A stretch of 64,000 nt of DNA from Pavona decussata (lineage: Eukaryota): contig CDRNST010000244.1 of NCBI GenBank assembly GCA_977016875.1, forward strand, positions 62,001 through 126,000, given 5' to 3'. Below the pieces are notes generated by a model. It was not told the DNA's origin and did not search any database. It saw only the letters and a program-made list of their open reading frames with translations. The first letter of the stretch is position 1; each line of letters opens with the position of its first letter. Both the position numbers and the translations under genes were made by a program. Below, piece after piece: positions 50,486 through 63,300 of the stretch.

Positions 50486-50897
50486 CTGATCTACTGCACG
50501 AACATTTGGGTCCAACTTTACCCATCATCAACATGATAGCCAGCAGTAACGCTACGAAAGCCACAAAAATAATCAAAAACATCAAAACAAAGCGAATTAT
50601 TTTGTCTCTCCTCCTTTGCTTTGCACGGGCCGGCTTCTTCGAAGTTTGAGAAGTCCTTGAATTCTGTTGGCTCCCAGTTCTTGGACCAACGTCATCGTAT
50701 AAGGCATTCCGTCCTTTTTGCGGCGTTGGGTTGAAGTTGTTTTGGTTGCTCCATTGTAGTGTGTTGTAAGTGTTGTCGGGTTTTTCATCGCCAAAAGAGA
50801 CATTGTCAATCGCGTTTATGCTTGCGTTGCTTCTTCGATCTAGGCTTATTGTGCTTCCGGCAAATCCCTGATTCAAACGTCTCAACTGCCCAGACAT
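50486..50897 (-). CDS. Gene B variable first exon B1: cytoplasmic tail (YNTL, YDDV) plus TM helix
   Basis: ATG at 50897; 412 nt; phase-1 donor TCAG/GTGAGT. TM IIRFVLMFLIIFVAFVALLLAIMLMMG followed by KVGPKCSC. Confidence 0.82.
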
Positions 50898-51900
50898 CTT
50901 GAAAGCAAACTGTTCAACTCGACCAAAAGCGATAAAATAGCCCTCTTCAAGTCCTGAAGGTGCTTGGATTTCAAACTACATTGCTAGCAATTTAAGTCAC
51001 AAGACCCATTCAATTTCAATAACTCATTTGCGTACAAGCCTGTTTATTCATTTCACGTTTCAGTGCGCAAGCACTCAATATACCTGAGAGCGACTTAAAG
51101 GGTTCCGCTTTGTGGGATAGGCTCACGCCATCTCATTGTTCGGACGAGCTCAACTCATCAACTCTCTCAATAGCCATATTGCTGTGACAAGTTTAATCGT
51201 TGCAACTTACATTTTACTAAACGGGAGATTTAAGGATTATCCTTATTTACTTTTTTTCCCAGACGACAAGCAAAGTTCATAGCGGTGAGTAAATAAACGA
51301 CAGATCCTACTTTGTTATAAAACCCAAGGGAGTTTTCATTGTTAAATTATTGTCCTTTTATGTTTCCAAGTCTTTTATATCGATTAGCTGTCAGTTTTAA
51401 GTAAATGCTGTGTGCCAGTTCTCTATGACACTAGTCATCCACGTATAATTTTTTTTACTTTTGTTTTACTTAGATTGTGGTAATTTCATTTCTAAACTTT
51501 ATGCTCATGTCCTAAAACAACAAGTAGCTCATTCAAAAAACTATTTCACTGGATTTAAGAAAGCTCATATACTCGTATGGCTGATTGATTAAAATCGTCT
51601 TTCACCTACAACTTTCACCTAACGTTGGAATAACGCAAAGTCAAGACTTGACGAACCCAAGGTCTTGAAGGAAGCGCTAAAGATAATTTGTCTACGCCGC
51701 GAATAATCCCTCTTGTGCTCGTCTTCATACCAAGCGAACTGCGGAGCCCTAGGACCAGACACAATGCAAATTTCTCTCAGGTTCATCCCAAACAAATTGT
51801 GCATAACATAAAAACGGCCGCTAACAGTGTCATTAAACGAACGCATTTCTTAGTTTTTTTTCCCATTTCTGGAAATAGATCTAAAGCCAGTACTTCTCAT

Positions 51901-52268
51901 TAGGACCTGAAGAAGAGACGACTACGACGCCAACGAAAACGGGGCTTAAAAAACATTACCTTCGCTTTTTCTGAATAAATTCGCGATGATTTCTACTCAT
52001 TTAGTTTGTGGAATGTGGCCGAAGTATCTAGGAGCTAACGTCTTAAGGGCGGCTTTAAAGTTCAGAAGGAAAAAAGGAAAATTAATCGTCATGCGTTCAC
52101 GTTCTCCATAAAACCTTGAATGTGGCCATTTATTGCCGTTGTTTTGCAGAGGACGGCAAAAAAAAATGTACCAAAGTTTATAACGCACGTGCAGAGCCAG
52201 TGTTCTGCTAATTAAATCTATTGTTTTTTGACGTTCTCGCCGGCGTCGTCGTCGCTGCTTAAGGTCCA
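51901..52268. mobile_element. MITE with GACGAC-rich termini
   Basis: GGACCTGAAG...GACGACTACGACGCCAACGAAAAC versus GTTCTCGCCGGCGTCGTCGTCGCTGCTTAAGGTCC. Confidence 0.6.
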
Positions 52269-52830
52269 AACACGTGACGACAACATGACAATCGACGTAA
52301 AACCACTGACCGGAAATGGAGATGTCAGGGCAGGTAAAGTGAGCAAGACGTCACTTCGCCATATAAGGGCAACAAATGACTAACTTCCGGCAAGCAATCA
52401 GTTTTCATGTGATTGTATCGCGAATTTCCTTTAATGGACACTCTATCGATATCACTTTAAGCATGTTCAAAGATTACACGTAAAATATCGTTGTCAGATA
52501 TCCCAGCACTATCGGATGACATTGAAATGACGTAACTATGGCTTGTCGGCTGTGAAAAGGGGTCGCAACTGTCGGCCGACAAGCGTGGAAACGTTCACTG
52601 GAACAAGAATTAACTTCCGTCAAATAAAAAAACTTCCCCACTTAGGAAGGTTGACCAAGACCCCAGAGGCGCAATGGCTATAAAAAATGACCCATTTCCA
52701 TATTTAAAAGAATGCAAGATGCACCTTTTTCTGTTTACTAACATCTTGTTGAAGAAGTTAAAAAGCAGCTTGTTTTGTTACAAGGCTGTCCGCTTCTCAC
52801 CCCTCACCTTTTTATCTGAACTTCATTCTA

Positions 52831-53017
52831 CAGTGGAACCTCTCCTTACGGACACCTCTTTAATACGGACACCTCTCTATTACAGACAGTTCACTACTTG
52901 GTCCATGAGAGACCGAAATTCACTATATAAACCCCGCTACTTCTCTAAAATCAACACCTCTATAATGCGGACACTTATTCCTGCCCCCTTGGTGTCCGTA
53001 ATAGAGAGGTTCGACTG
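52831..53017. mobile_element. pogo/Tigger-like MITE (related element at about 60269-60445)
   Basis: CAGTGGAACCTCTC...GAGAGGTTCGACTG termini with TA flanks and internal ACGGACACCTCT repeats. Confidence 0.8.
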
Positions 53018-53432
53018 TAGTGACATTTTGGGCTATCCAGTAAAGCATAAAAAAGACCTTGCAGGGCTTCAGACGCCTTACCTTTCGGCTTTCATGCACC
53101 GCTACAAGAGGCAAGTAACTGTTTAGCAGTGATATGGCTTCTAAATCAGCAGTACTGGACATATTTCAATTTAGCAAGACAAGGTACTGCAAAGCTCGCT
53201 GCATAATAAAGTATGAGATAGCCTGCCTGGCAAACGTTTCCGTGCGGAAACTGGGACGAGAGCGTCCTATTCCGGAAGAGAGTCAGTTGAACGCACCCTA
53301 AACTTACAGCGAAAATGTCACGGTGCATTAAAGGTATGTCAAGGATAAGCGGCAGAATTAAAAATTAAAAATTCTGTATTATAATTTAGTTTGCATCTCC
53401 TCCCTTCAGTCTCTCCTCTTCGTCCTTCATAC

Positions 53433-56400
53433 TCATAGCTCTTGCTCTTGTAATTCCTTTTTCCTTTTTTCGTAAATGTCAGTAGTAAAACTATCAGGCG
53501 TCACCTTACTTCCTTTCATTTCTTCCCAAACTTTTTCCAAAAGATCTGAACTCGAAGAGGTTCGAAGTCGACGACCAAACGCTATCAAGTCCATCCGTTC
53601 TTTAGACATCATCTTGCAGCCGTCCGTTACACAGAGATCACTTGCTTTGTCAACAACAAAACCAGGGAAAAATTCCAAACCTGAATAGCGCTCTAAATCT
53701 TCCGGCGCAACTTGAAAGTCGTGTAACTTGTGTTCGAAACTCACTGGTTCGTTTGGGACCACAAACGCTCCCACTACTGGTTGCTTGTCGTCATCTTCTG
53801 CCAAAATTACTTTGTAAAGGTGCGTTGGCACGGCAACATTGTTACTTCCAATGACCTAATAAGGACGAATCAAATCAAGTTTTACTTTACCAATAAAAAA
53901 CCAAGCAAAGTTGAATTGAAGGGCGAAGAGCATAACCTTGTTATATCCATTGCAAGGTTGATGTTTCGTTTCGCTCAAAAATGCCTGAATTTTTGCTGTG
54001 CTCTTTAGTTGCATCAAAGAACATCGCTCTGTGAGTTTTTCGCTCGAAAGCTGTTTTTCCTCTTCTTTCTTTGCTTTGCTTTTTTGTCGCTGACTCGATA
54101 TTTCGGCATCGTTTTTCTCGAAAACTAAGCATAAACCATCGGCAAAAAAACACGTAGCGATGATCTCTGACTAAAAAATTGTAAACTGCAGGGCGCATGC
54201 AAAAATCCAGGTACTTTTGGGCAAAGCAAAAGCTCGGCTTAAAACAAAAAGAAGCCGGTTATGCTCTCAGCCCTTTAATTGACTCTAGATGATATCTAAA
54301 TTTTCGTAAGAGATCAACAAATGAAATGGTGCACGGAATAAGGCCTTAAGTAACTTTTGATGTAAGGTCAAATTGTCCTTTTGTTTCACAAGCAAATGCA
54401 AGGCAATTTGGAAGGAGAATCTAGCAATTTATCAGAAGTCACTTAGGGCTTTTTTCCAGGCACCCCTTCAAATGAGAGTTCACACCAAAGAAGTGTAAAC
54501 AATTGGACTTAGATGGACCCACATAACAATGACCTCAACATTTGCTTCTTAGACCGCATCTAAATAGACAACATTTAGAATCACGTACTGTTGTTCGTAA
54601 ATACATGTGTTGGATCATGAAAATGAAAGAGAAGAAATCAGAATTCAGAATTAAGATAATTACGCTTTTTTAAAAGAAAAATTACCGAAAAAAAAAAACG
54701 TTATATGACGTTTCGATGACTTCATGTCATCATTATCAAATGCTGTAAGGAATTAAAATAAGTGGCATATATATATATATATATATACAGACAGAGATGT
54801 GTGTGAATTACAACAATGCAATTATAATAAAACAAGAGCATGCGAATGTTTACACAAAGAGTTTGGCGTGAATAGAGTCACTTAGAGTGTTCAGTTTTGG
54901 TCCTTTCTTCCTGATGAAGAGCATTTTAAAGATCAAGCATTCAAACTTGCTCTGGCATTTCTTAAGAATTTTGAAATTCTCTCGCAGGTCCGTCAGTCTC
55001 AAACCATGTTTGTCCTTGAAATGTTTGCCCTACATTTGGTGTGAAATTCTCTACCCAACATATGGGCAGAGTTAAAAACACACACAAAACAACAACAAAA
55101 AAAGAAAAAAAAAATGAAAAGAAAAAGAAAAGGCGAAACAAAATAACGCCTGGCAAAATTTTGATCATTCATTGCTTCTAAACAGTGAAAAAAAAAATGA
55201 ATGTGAGGTTTTCAATAAAAAGAACTGTGATTGTTTCACCAGAAAGTCTTTCTCCTACTAGTGGTGTTAGTACAACTGTTAAAGGTTACACAAGAGCTGC
55301 TGGAGATAGCAAGGCCTGAGCAGGATTAGGGCCACTTAGGATAAAGGTTGTTTGTTGTATCTGGTGTTTTTAGACCTCATTCCTATGGCCTCTCTTCCCT
55401 TTACTAAACAAAACACAAGAGAAAACACACAACCTCATACGTAACAATCTTCTTCCCATCTTGTTCTTTTGGTAAATACAGTGGTCCAGATACTATGTAA
55501 ACATTAGAGTATCTCTTGGTGAGACCCCGGCAGTAAGCTTCCAGTCTGTACCAAAAGTTAGCATTATTATGCAGGTCCTGTGGGACAATGTTGGACAAGA
55601 AGAATGTTGCATCCATTGCTTCCTGATTGTATTTGCTGTTACCTGAAATAAATGATACAAAGAAAAATAAATTGTTTTCCAGGCATTTTTAAGAGGTTTA
55701 TTTATGAGTAGGATGGATAGAAAGGCAGGGTCTGGGAGAATAAATTATGGAGGTAAGATGGGAACTGGAGTAATATAGGGTGGGAACTGAGAAATAGAAA
55801 CTGGGAACTGGGATAATGAGGCTGGGAATTGGGAGAATAGTGGGTGAAAACTGGAACAAAAGGAGGAGAGAGATGGAAGGAATAGCACAACAGATAATAT
55901 GCGAAAAGAAAATGAGCACTGAAAAGTAGGGGGGTGGGTACTGGGAGAAAAGTGGATGGAGAACAGGGGGAGAGAACTGGACTAAGCAAGGAGGGGGGGC
56001 TGGGGGATTGAATTAGGAGAATATGGAGATGGGAACTGGGAAAGTAGGCGATAGAAACTGGAAAAACAGGTTTGGGAGAATAGAAGGTGGGAACTAGAGA
56101 ATGGTAGCAGAAACTGGAAATGTAGGGAACAGAAGGAATAGGAGTGAGAGCTGAGAATAGGAGGAAAATAAATAAATAAATAAACAAACAAATAAATAAA
56201 TAAATACTTTATTGAACACTCCCAATGTGCTTTTAAGGGGATGGGAACTTAGAGAATTGGGGGGGGGGGGGGATGGGAGAAAGGGAGTGTAACCAAGGAG
56301 AAGAGGGCGTGGGAACTGGGGAAATAGGTGGTGCATGTAGGAAGGAGTAGAACAGAGGGTAGAAATGGGTAAATATGGAGTTCCAGTGGGAGAATGAAAT

Positions 56401-57152
56401 CTGTTGCTAAAGCTGGTATGGTCTGTGTAAAATACAGACTGCAGACTGCAGACTGCCTTGCAATGCACACTTTCTGTACCTATCCAGAGAAATGATTGGG
56501 TCTAGCAGGCCTAGACCAGTACCCATGATAGTCAACTTAAGTTCTGATCGATCAGCTTTAATAAATAATTTCAGTAATCTATAGTCTGCAGAATTGACCT
56601 AAGCTGGTAGAGTGTGTTACTAACTTGCTGGGGCCATGTGTCCTCTGGACCACCCACTGTCCCAGTAGTCATCGTTATTTGACTGAAAACGATCAGGGAT
56701 GTTAAGATCAGGTTTGAATGCAGAGCGGGCTCGATCTGCCTCTCCTTTCACTTTCTCTTTCGTCAAATGTTCCAAGACCCAGCGAGGTGTCTTCTTCGCT
56801 TGATCATAGCACAAAACGTGATTTTTATACCGCATGTATTCCGGAGACCTTTTCGGAAGGCCGTACTTGAAGACCTTGTCTTCCTCAATTTCACTGATTT
56901 CCACCTGTGTGTCCAATTTGTCAAGATTTGTTTCCACTCGACGAGAATCGATGACGCGAAGATGGCGTCCATATTTCAGATTATCATGCCTTGCTATAAT
57001 GTCCTGGATCTGTTTTTGAGTGGAATCCTTTTCTTTAAATTGTCCGAGGTCTCATAATATATTTTCATCAACCCGGCACCCACGATAAACGCAGTTAAAA
57101 CGTTACCAACACCGCTAAGCTGCGAGCCAAGTTTCTTCAACCAAGCGGCCAT
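53433..57152 (-). CDS. EXOG: Mitochondrial nuclease EXOG (endonuclease G-like), with a 1-nt frame discontinuity in exon 1
   Basis: Exons 57152-56625, 55642-55434 and 53855-53433. Active site WSRGHMAPA (SRGH is EXOG-type, ENDOG has DRGH), TFFLSNIVPQDLHNNANFW, VAVPTHLYKVIL, and the EXOG-specific C-terminal helical domain. The N-terminal hydrophobic AFIVGAGL segment is out of frame with the rest. Confidence 0.9.
55697..56400. repeat. Purine-rich low-complexity tract (GGGAACTG-like units) in EXOG intron 1
   Basis: Strong G/A strand bias with recurring GGGAACTGG / GGAGAATAG motifs. Confidence 0.75.
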
Positions 57153-57339
57153 CTTGGAAATTGAGAGAAGCCTGGGTCTGAGTATGCTATCGCGGGCTCA
57201 GGCGGCGAGCGCCTGTTTGAAACCGTTGTTTTGTTGTGTTTGACAGTATTTCGGCTGGAATCTCTGCAGTTTTGACTATTGTACAAGGAATTTGTGCTCT
57301 TAAAGTTCTTAAATGGTGTCTGAAAGGTATTAGAGTGTA
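57153..57339. promoter_or_regulatory. Putative bidirectional promoter shared by EXOG and the SDCCAG8-like gene
   Basis: Divergent start codons are only 188 bp apart; CpG-rich patch; YY1-like AAGATGGC overlaps the EXOG ATG. Confidence 0.65.
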
Positions 57340-60300
57340 ATGTTTGATGTGGACGAACCAATTTCAGATTACCAGAAGGTCGTTCGAGGTAAGAGATCTG
57401 GAGAAACCAAGGCTCAAATTTCAAGGTCTGACTACATAAGCTTTAAATTATGTACCCAAGTATTTTCTGTAAGGATGTATCTAATCGAAATTTAGTCAAT
57501 CAAAATCAATTGTGATGGATCGCAATCGATACAAATCAATCGACTAATTTTTGAAAACCGAAAAATCAATTAGTCGACTTCTTGTGATTATCGATTTTGA
57601 TTGTACCTCTGGATTTATATGATAATGATAATTTTAATCGGGTTGAATGAACTAAAACTAATGTGCAATCGCCAATGGTTTCAAACTGAAACAAATACCT
57701 TACAAAACTAATGTCTTTCTTTAGAGCGAGCTTCCCAAAGCTTAGGGCCTCTGAGATATGCATTTAATAGTCCTGTCAAATCTCCTGGTTCCAAGAAGGC
57801 TGGTTATAGAGGCGATGACTACATCTCAGCAGGTGATTGCATGTATCTGCTTTTGTATCAAACTAGGTTTCAGTTGAAAGAAATGTGATGTTTTGTTTTA
57901 AGCCTGGTGAATAAATGGTATTAAGTACTGTATATTAGGTATACTCGGAAAATGATATAGATCTGAGTTCTAGTCATCAACCTATGAACTTCCTATGATT
58001 ATTGTTACTATAATTATGTTGTAATATTGACATGGGAGCTTTGACATAAAACTGGGTTCATGTGACAAACACCCTGCATAATAATACTGCTAGGATCTGA
58101 ATGTTGATGAGTAGCATATGCTCATTGAAAGAAGTGTCTTGTTACTGGTAATTGAGTAAGGTCATGGTTGACTCCTATTGGGAGAACTTAGATTTTCTTT
58201 TACCAAGTGTGCCCATTGTCACTGACCGTGACTCAGTCGGCGTGAATCATTTTGAGAGTGTTTCTTTCCCGTGTCAGTTACAAGATTGAAGACATTACTC
58301 CAACGATATGAGAAGGCAAAGATTGTTGAACCACGAAATCCAGCCTTTACCTCCAAACCAGTGAGTTTAGCTGTTTTTCATTGTATTAAAAGTTGTTGCA
58401 AATACTTAACTATTGTCAAACAACAAATGAAATATGTCATCCAAAGTGTGAATGAGATAAGCATTACAAGAGTTTATAAAGCAGTAAATGTGGAAAGAAT
58501 AACTTACAGTGAAATTTATAAATTTCTTATCACCTTGAGCTGCCTGACATTAACAGCTGGAGGGGAACACATGAAGTCAACTCAGGACACTCCCTGGACA
58601 TGTCTTCAACAACAATCATCGCAAGGGAAACTGACATCCTGAGAAGGAGGATCAGAGATATAGTGAGAGAACTTCACTCTCAATCGAGAAAGTGGTTACG
58701 AACTACTTAGGCCCAGTTCAGACGCCGAACTTTTCATGAGCCTAACTTAATTATAATTAAGGTCGGCCCAAATCACGAAAATCCCGCCTTTTGATTCAAA
58801 CGCCAAACTTAATTAGCCGAACTTAATTTAATTGAAGAAAAACCAATCGAAATGTCAGCGGTTTTTTTATTTTTATTTTTATTTTTTTTGTTTGAAATAC
58901 ATCATAATAATTTATGCATTAGGTTCGGCTCATGAAAAGTTCGACATCTGAATCAAAGCCATTCCAAAGCCGAAATTCCCGGCTGAGCCAGGCGGAAAGA
59001 AGGGCTGAGCCGTTCCAAATTGAAACAGCTGTTCTCAACTGATCCAGACGCCGAACTTTTCATGTACTTAATTCGAGGTATTAGGTTTGGCTCGTGAAAA
59101 GTTCGGCATCTGAACTGGGCCTTAGCAATCTTTTTGGAAATTTTGTCTTTAAAACACCACATTATTGTCACATGACAAAAATTAATATCTCACTACTTGA
59201 CAAAGATTCTGTGAAGGAGTTGAAAGCTTGTATGCTTAAAAATGTATTTCTGAAAGCTACATGTATATTTTTTTCTAAATAATATTTATCTGACAGGTTT
59301 GTTTGAAAAAAGCTTATTTTTGTCTGTTTTACAATGTACCATTTTTCTTTACAACAAGAGTGGAGTATTAGATGAAGAAGCTTTCTCACCAGAAAGAAAC
59401 TATTTACCTGACACAAGTGAAGTCACCCAACTGTTGGACAGTCACTTTGCAATTCTGCAACATCTTGAAGGTCAAGTTGAATTCTACAAGGTGTGTTTAT
59501 GCTACACAAAGTCAATTTCCTTGAAGAAGTGTTAAATATGACTTTAATCTTTCTTGAGTTGATCTGAAATCTGCACACATTTATTTCCTGGGAACTTCAC
59601 TCACTTATTTCCTCAAATTCTTTTTGCTAGACATTGCCTGATCTCAAAACGGTGATATTCATTTTTAGCTCTTTATTGTCTCTTAATGATGTTACTGTCA
59701 GGTACGTGTAAAATTTGTTCATATATGTCATGTACAGTGTACAGCTGTACAGCCATATGTACCTTGTTTTGACCGTGGTTAGTAACTTGTAATGTAAAGG
59801 GAACTCTGCTTACAGTAATATTGTTATTTTTGCAGCTCAATTAAACTACAGCTTCTTACTCTCAATGTGAAGCCTTCTCATACTCTACTCTGTAAAATGA
59901 TAAATGATAATTTTTTCTTCAATTTTACCGGGAATTAACATTGTCTTGACTGAATAATTTTCAAGTACTTAGTTGAGTTTGTTTATGTTTCAGGATGCCC
60001 TAGAGTCCTTGAAGCAAAGAGCACAACTTGTGATTAATGAAAATGAAACCCTGTTTGATCATCTCAAGACACAAGCTGTCAGTCAAGTGCTGGTTAATGA
60101 AAATCAAACTGAATCTGAGGTATTATTACAACACTATTTTAAAATTTACAGCAAAAGAACTTTCCAAAGTGGGCTGTAAATGTACCCATAGAAATGGTAG
60201 CATCAAACAAAGTTTAAAATGTTCTAGCTAACAATAGAGCCCTTTATAACACTGCCCATAATACATACAGCTGAACCCCATTAATACATGTATCACCACC

Positions 60301-63300
60301 TTCTCGTCGTGAAAATGTGGTCGTTATAACGGGGTGGTCAGATTAATGAGGTTGTAAAACTAAGCAAATGACTGGACTTTCAATTCGTTTGGGGCGCAAA
60401 AACGGGGCTGTTATAACGAGGTGGTCATTAGGTGGGGTTCCATTGTATAATAATTATTATAATATTACAGAAGGCATGGAGTATTTTAATTTTTTGATGG
60501 TGTAAGGTATTCTTGTCTAATTTAAAATACATGTACCAACTGACTGAAGATCAGCTTCAAGCAATAATTTATATTTGAAATGAATTGCTATTTGCACCCC
60601 GTATTTTTAATTGATTTTTGCACATACCGGTAAGTCACTACACAAATGACTGTATGAGAAAAAAATGCCCTCACGTGTATTGTTTTCTGGTACACAGGAT
60701 CAGCTGCCATCGGATGGTGGTCGCAGAGGGAACATAATTTCAGGTGACCAAACACGAAGGAATACCAAGAGGAACGATGATGACGACATGGATGGTGATA
60801 ATGGTGATAATGATAAGGAAATTCAGAACCTTGGGGCCGCTGGAGAAAACACAGAAACAAGAACCAGGGACAAGAAAATGGACATTAAGAAACGTGATCC
60901 AGATGGCACAGAAAGGAGTGCAAGAGACAGCTTTGTTAGAAGAGACCCTAGGAAGTCTTTGATGCCAAATGTGTCGCAGAGGTCTACATTTCATGATTCA
61001 TTTGGACTGGGTGATCTTGATTCACAGGTAGAAACTTAGATTGCATGAGGCGTTCCACATTTGTTTCTTTGAGTTTTTCTATGACACAAATGTGCATGGT
61101 TTTCGAACTGAAAAAGAGACAAATGGTGAGTGTGAGACTAGCAGGCAAAAATCGATGCTTTTAGGGCTTTGTAAATGTACCTTGGGAATTTGCCCTTATG
61201 GTTATTGGCATGTCCTTTTTAATAAGACAAAAATACCTTTTTTGCAGTCTATTAATTGAACCAGTAGAACCATGAAAATACACTTTTGCATCTTCCTTTG
61301 GTGTCCAATATTATTAACCGGGTTCCATTGTACTTTCTTAACCAGATGGATTTTAGGTCACTGAATAGAGGAGCGATAGTTTTATTACCCCAAAGAGGAT
61401 ACCATCATCACATCATCTTATAGACTGTTGTTACTTTTCTTGTAAACCATAATGTGCCTCATACGCACTTATCCAATTTGTCTTTAGTTACATATAGGTA
61501 GCAAGCTTGTACACATGATTTCTTTAGACTGATAATTCTACCTCTGCATTTTAACAGCTCTTTATGTCTGCCAATGAGAGGAAATTTGTAAGTCAGCTTG
61601 AAGAAGAAGTGGTAAGTTGTAAAAATTAATACGTAACCTTTTTTTTTTTAATAAGGGAGTTAGTATCTTAAGAAATTGTGGTGCTGCGTCGGTGGGGAGT
61701 AGAAAGGAATGTTTGGTTTATCAACAGAGTTGATAACTAAAGGGAAATTGATCACCGTAAAGAGATTCGAGTGTTGATGTTTCGAACGTTAGCCTTTCGT
61801 CAGAGCGAGGTCCAAACGTCAGCACTTGAATCTCTTTTCGGTGCCCAACTGATTTTATACCTTTAACCATCAACTCTGTTGATAAGCCAAACATTCTTTT
61901 TTTTTAAAATACACTTCTTTTTCGAATGGAGTGCACACATCTTCAAAGCAAAGTCTGCTTGTAACAGCGCTGGCCATAGGGCTGGATTGTAGCATACAGT
62001 CATGGTCGTAACTTAAGGTCAAATAATATAAATCTACATCGTCTTGCAGGACAAAATACGCAAACTCCATGAAACAAAGACAAAGCATCTAGAGACACTG
62101 CTTTACTCCACAAGGTACGTACATGTAGGCGGGGTGGATTTTCCTGGATTTCTTGCTTCGCTTTGGGGATCTTCCCAACAATTTGGCCCGGGTTCAATTC
62201 TTGGCGTCACATGTGGGTTGAGTTTGTTGTTGGTTCTCGTCCTTGCTCCGAGAGGTTTTACTCTGGGTTCTCCGGTTCCCCCCTCTTCTCAAAAACCAAC
62301 ATTTCTAAATTCAAATTCAATCTGGATTATTGTCAAGCACTACTACATTATCACCTGTGCCGTGGCTGAAAATAAATCTTCACAGATTTCTGCTGTTAAA
62401 AGAGATTTAGAACAATGTTATGAGTAAATTGTGTTCTAATCAAACGATATGATGTGTTAGATGTAGATTAGCCTCAACATATCTCCAACATCATGTCACA
62501 TTACTGGTAGTAATAGTTGTCCCTGTCTCAATGGGATACTCGTCCATCGCTCCACGGTTGCTTTACGCGTCTTCTTCGCGTTGCACCTGACTCAACGTAG
62601 ATTGGACAGCCCGAGTTCGCAGCACTCAATTCTATGGCAACGGCTTTGTTCCTCCTGTCAGCAGTATCATCGCCAAGAGAACTCTGAAATTTGCAGGCCA
62701 TGCTATACGAGCCACTGACCAAAAAATCCCTGACATCATTTTGTGGGAACCAAATTTAAACTCAGTAAAATTGTCATATCTCAAGACGCTTTGCCGCTCA
62801 AGGGCTTCTGTAAGGGCTTCTGGGGAACCCAGTCGACACGATAGAAAGTATCACTTTGTACTCCCGCGCCAGAATTTTGTCAATTTGTTTAGACAGTCTG
62901 CTCTAAGCTTTCGTAACAGAGCAAGTGGAATGTCTTGCCCTAGATCACAGCACTAAGACTGAATTCAGATTTAATCTAATTCTAATATACTAACTAAGGG
63001 ATGCCGGAGTTTGAAATGAAAAGCTTTAACTTTTGTTGATAGATGAATTTTTTAGTTAGTGACACAGGCATACTCGGAAAAAATCTGAGTGCTCCAAACG
63101 AAAATCGAACCTATGAACTTCCATTTACTAGTTCGGATGCTCTGCCACTGAGCTACAGCAGACCCGTAGGAGCGAGGTCGTTAAAGGAACGCGGCCATAA
63201 GTTTTACATTGGCCTTTCAAATAAGGTGTCAAGTGTCAACCATATTAATGGCTTAGCTCCCACGAGTCTCATGTAGCTCAGTGGTAGAGCATCCGAATTT

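Noticed and set aside
16860-51060. Shared octamer/POU-like (ATGCAAA, ATTTGCAT) promoter element before each variable exon
   Set aside because: Matches occur at inconsistent distances and are expected by chance in AT-rich DNA; formal motif discovery would be needed.
55698-56470. Several hydrophobic Ser/Pro/Phe-rich ORFs
   Set aside because: Translations of a low-complexity intronic tract.
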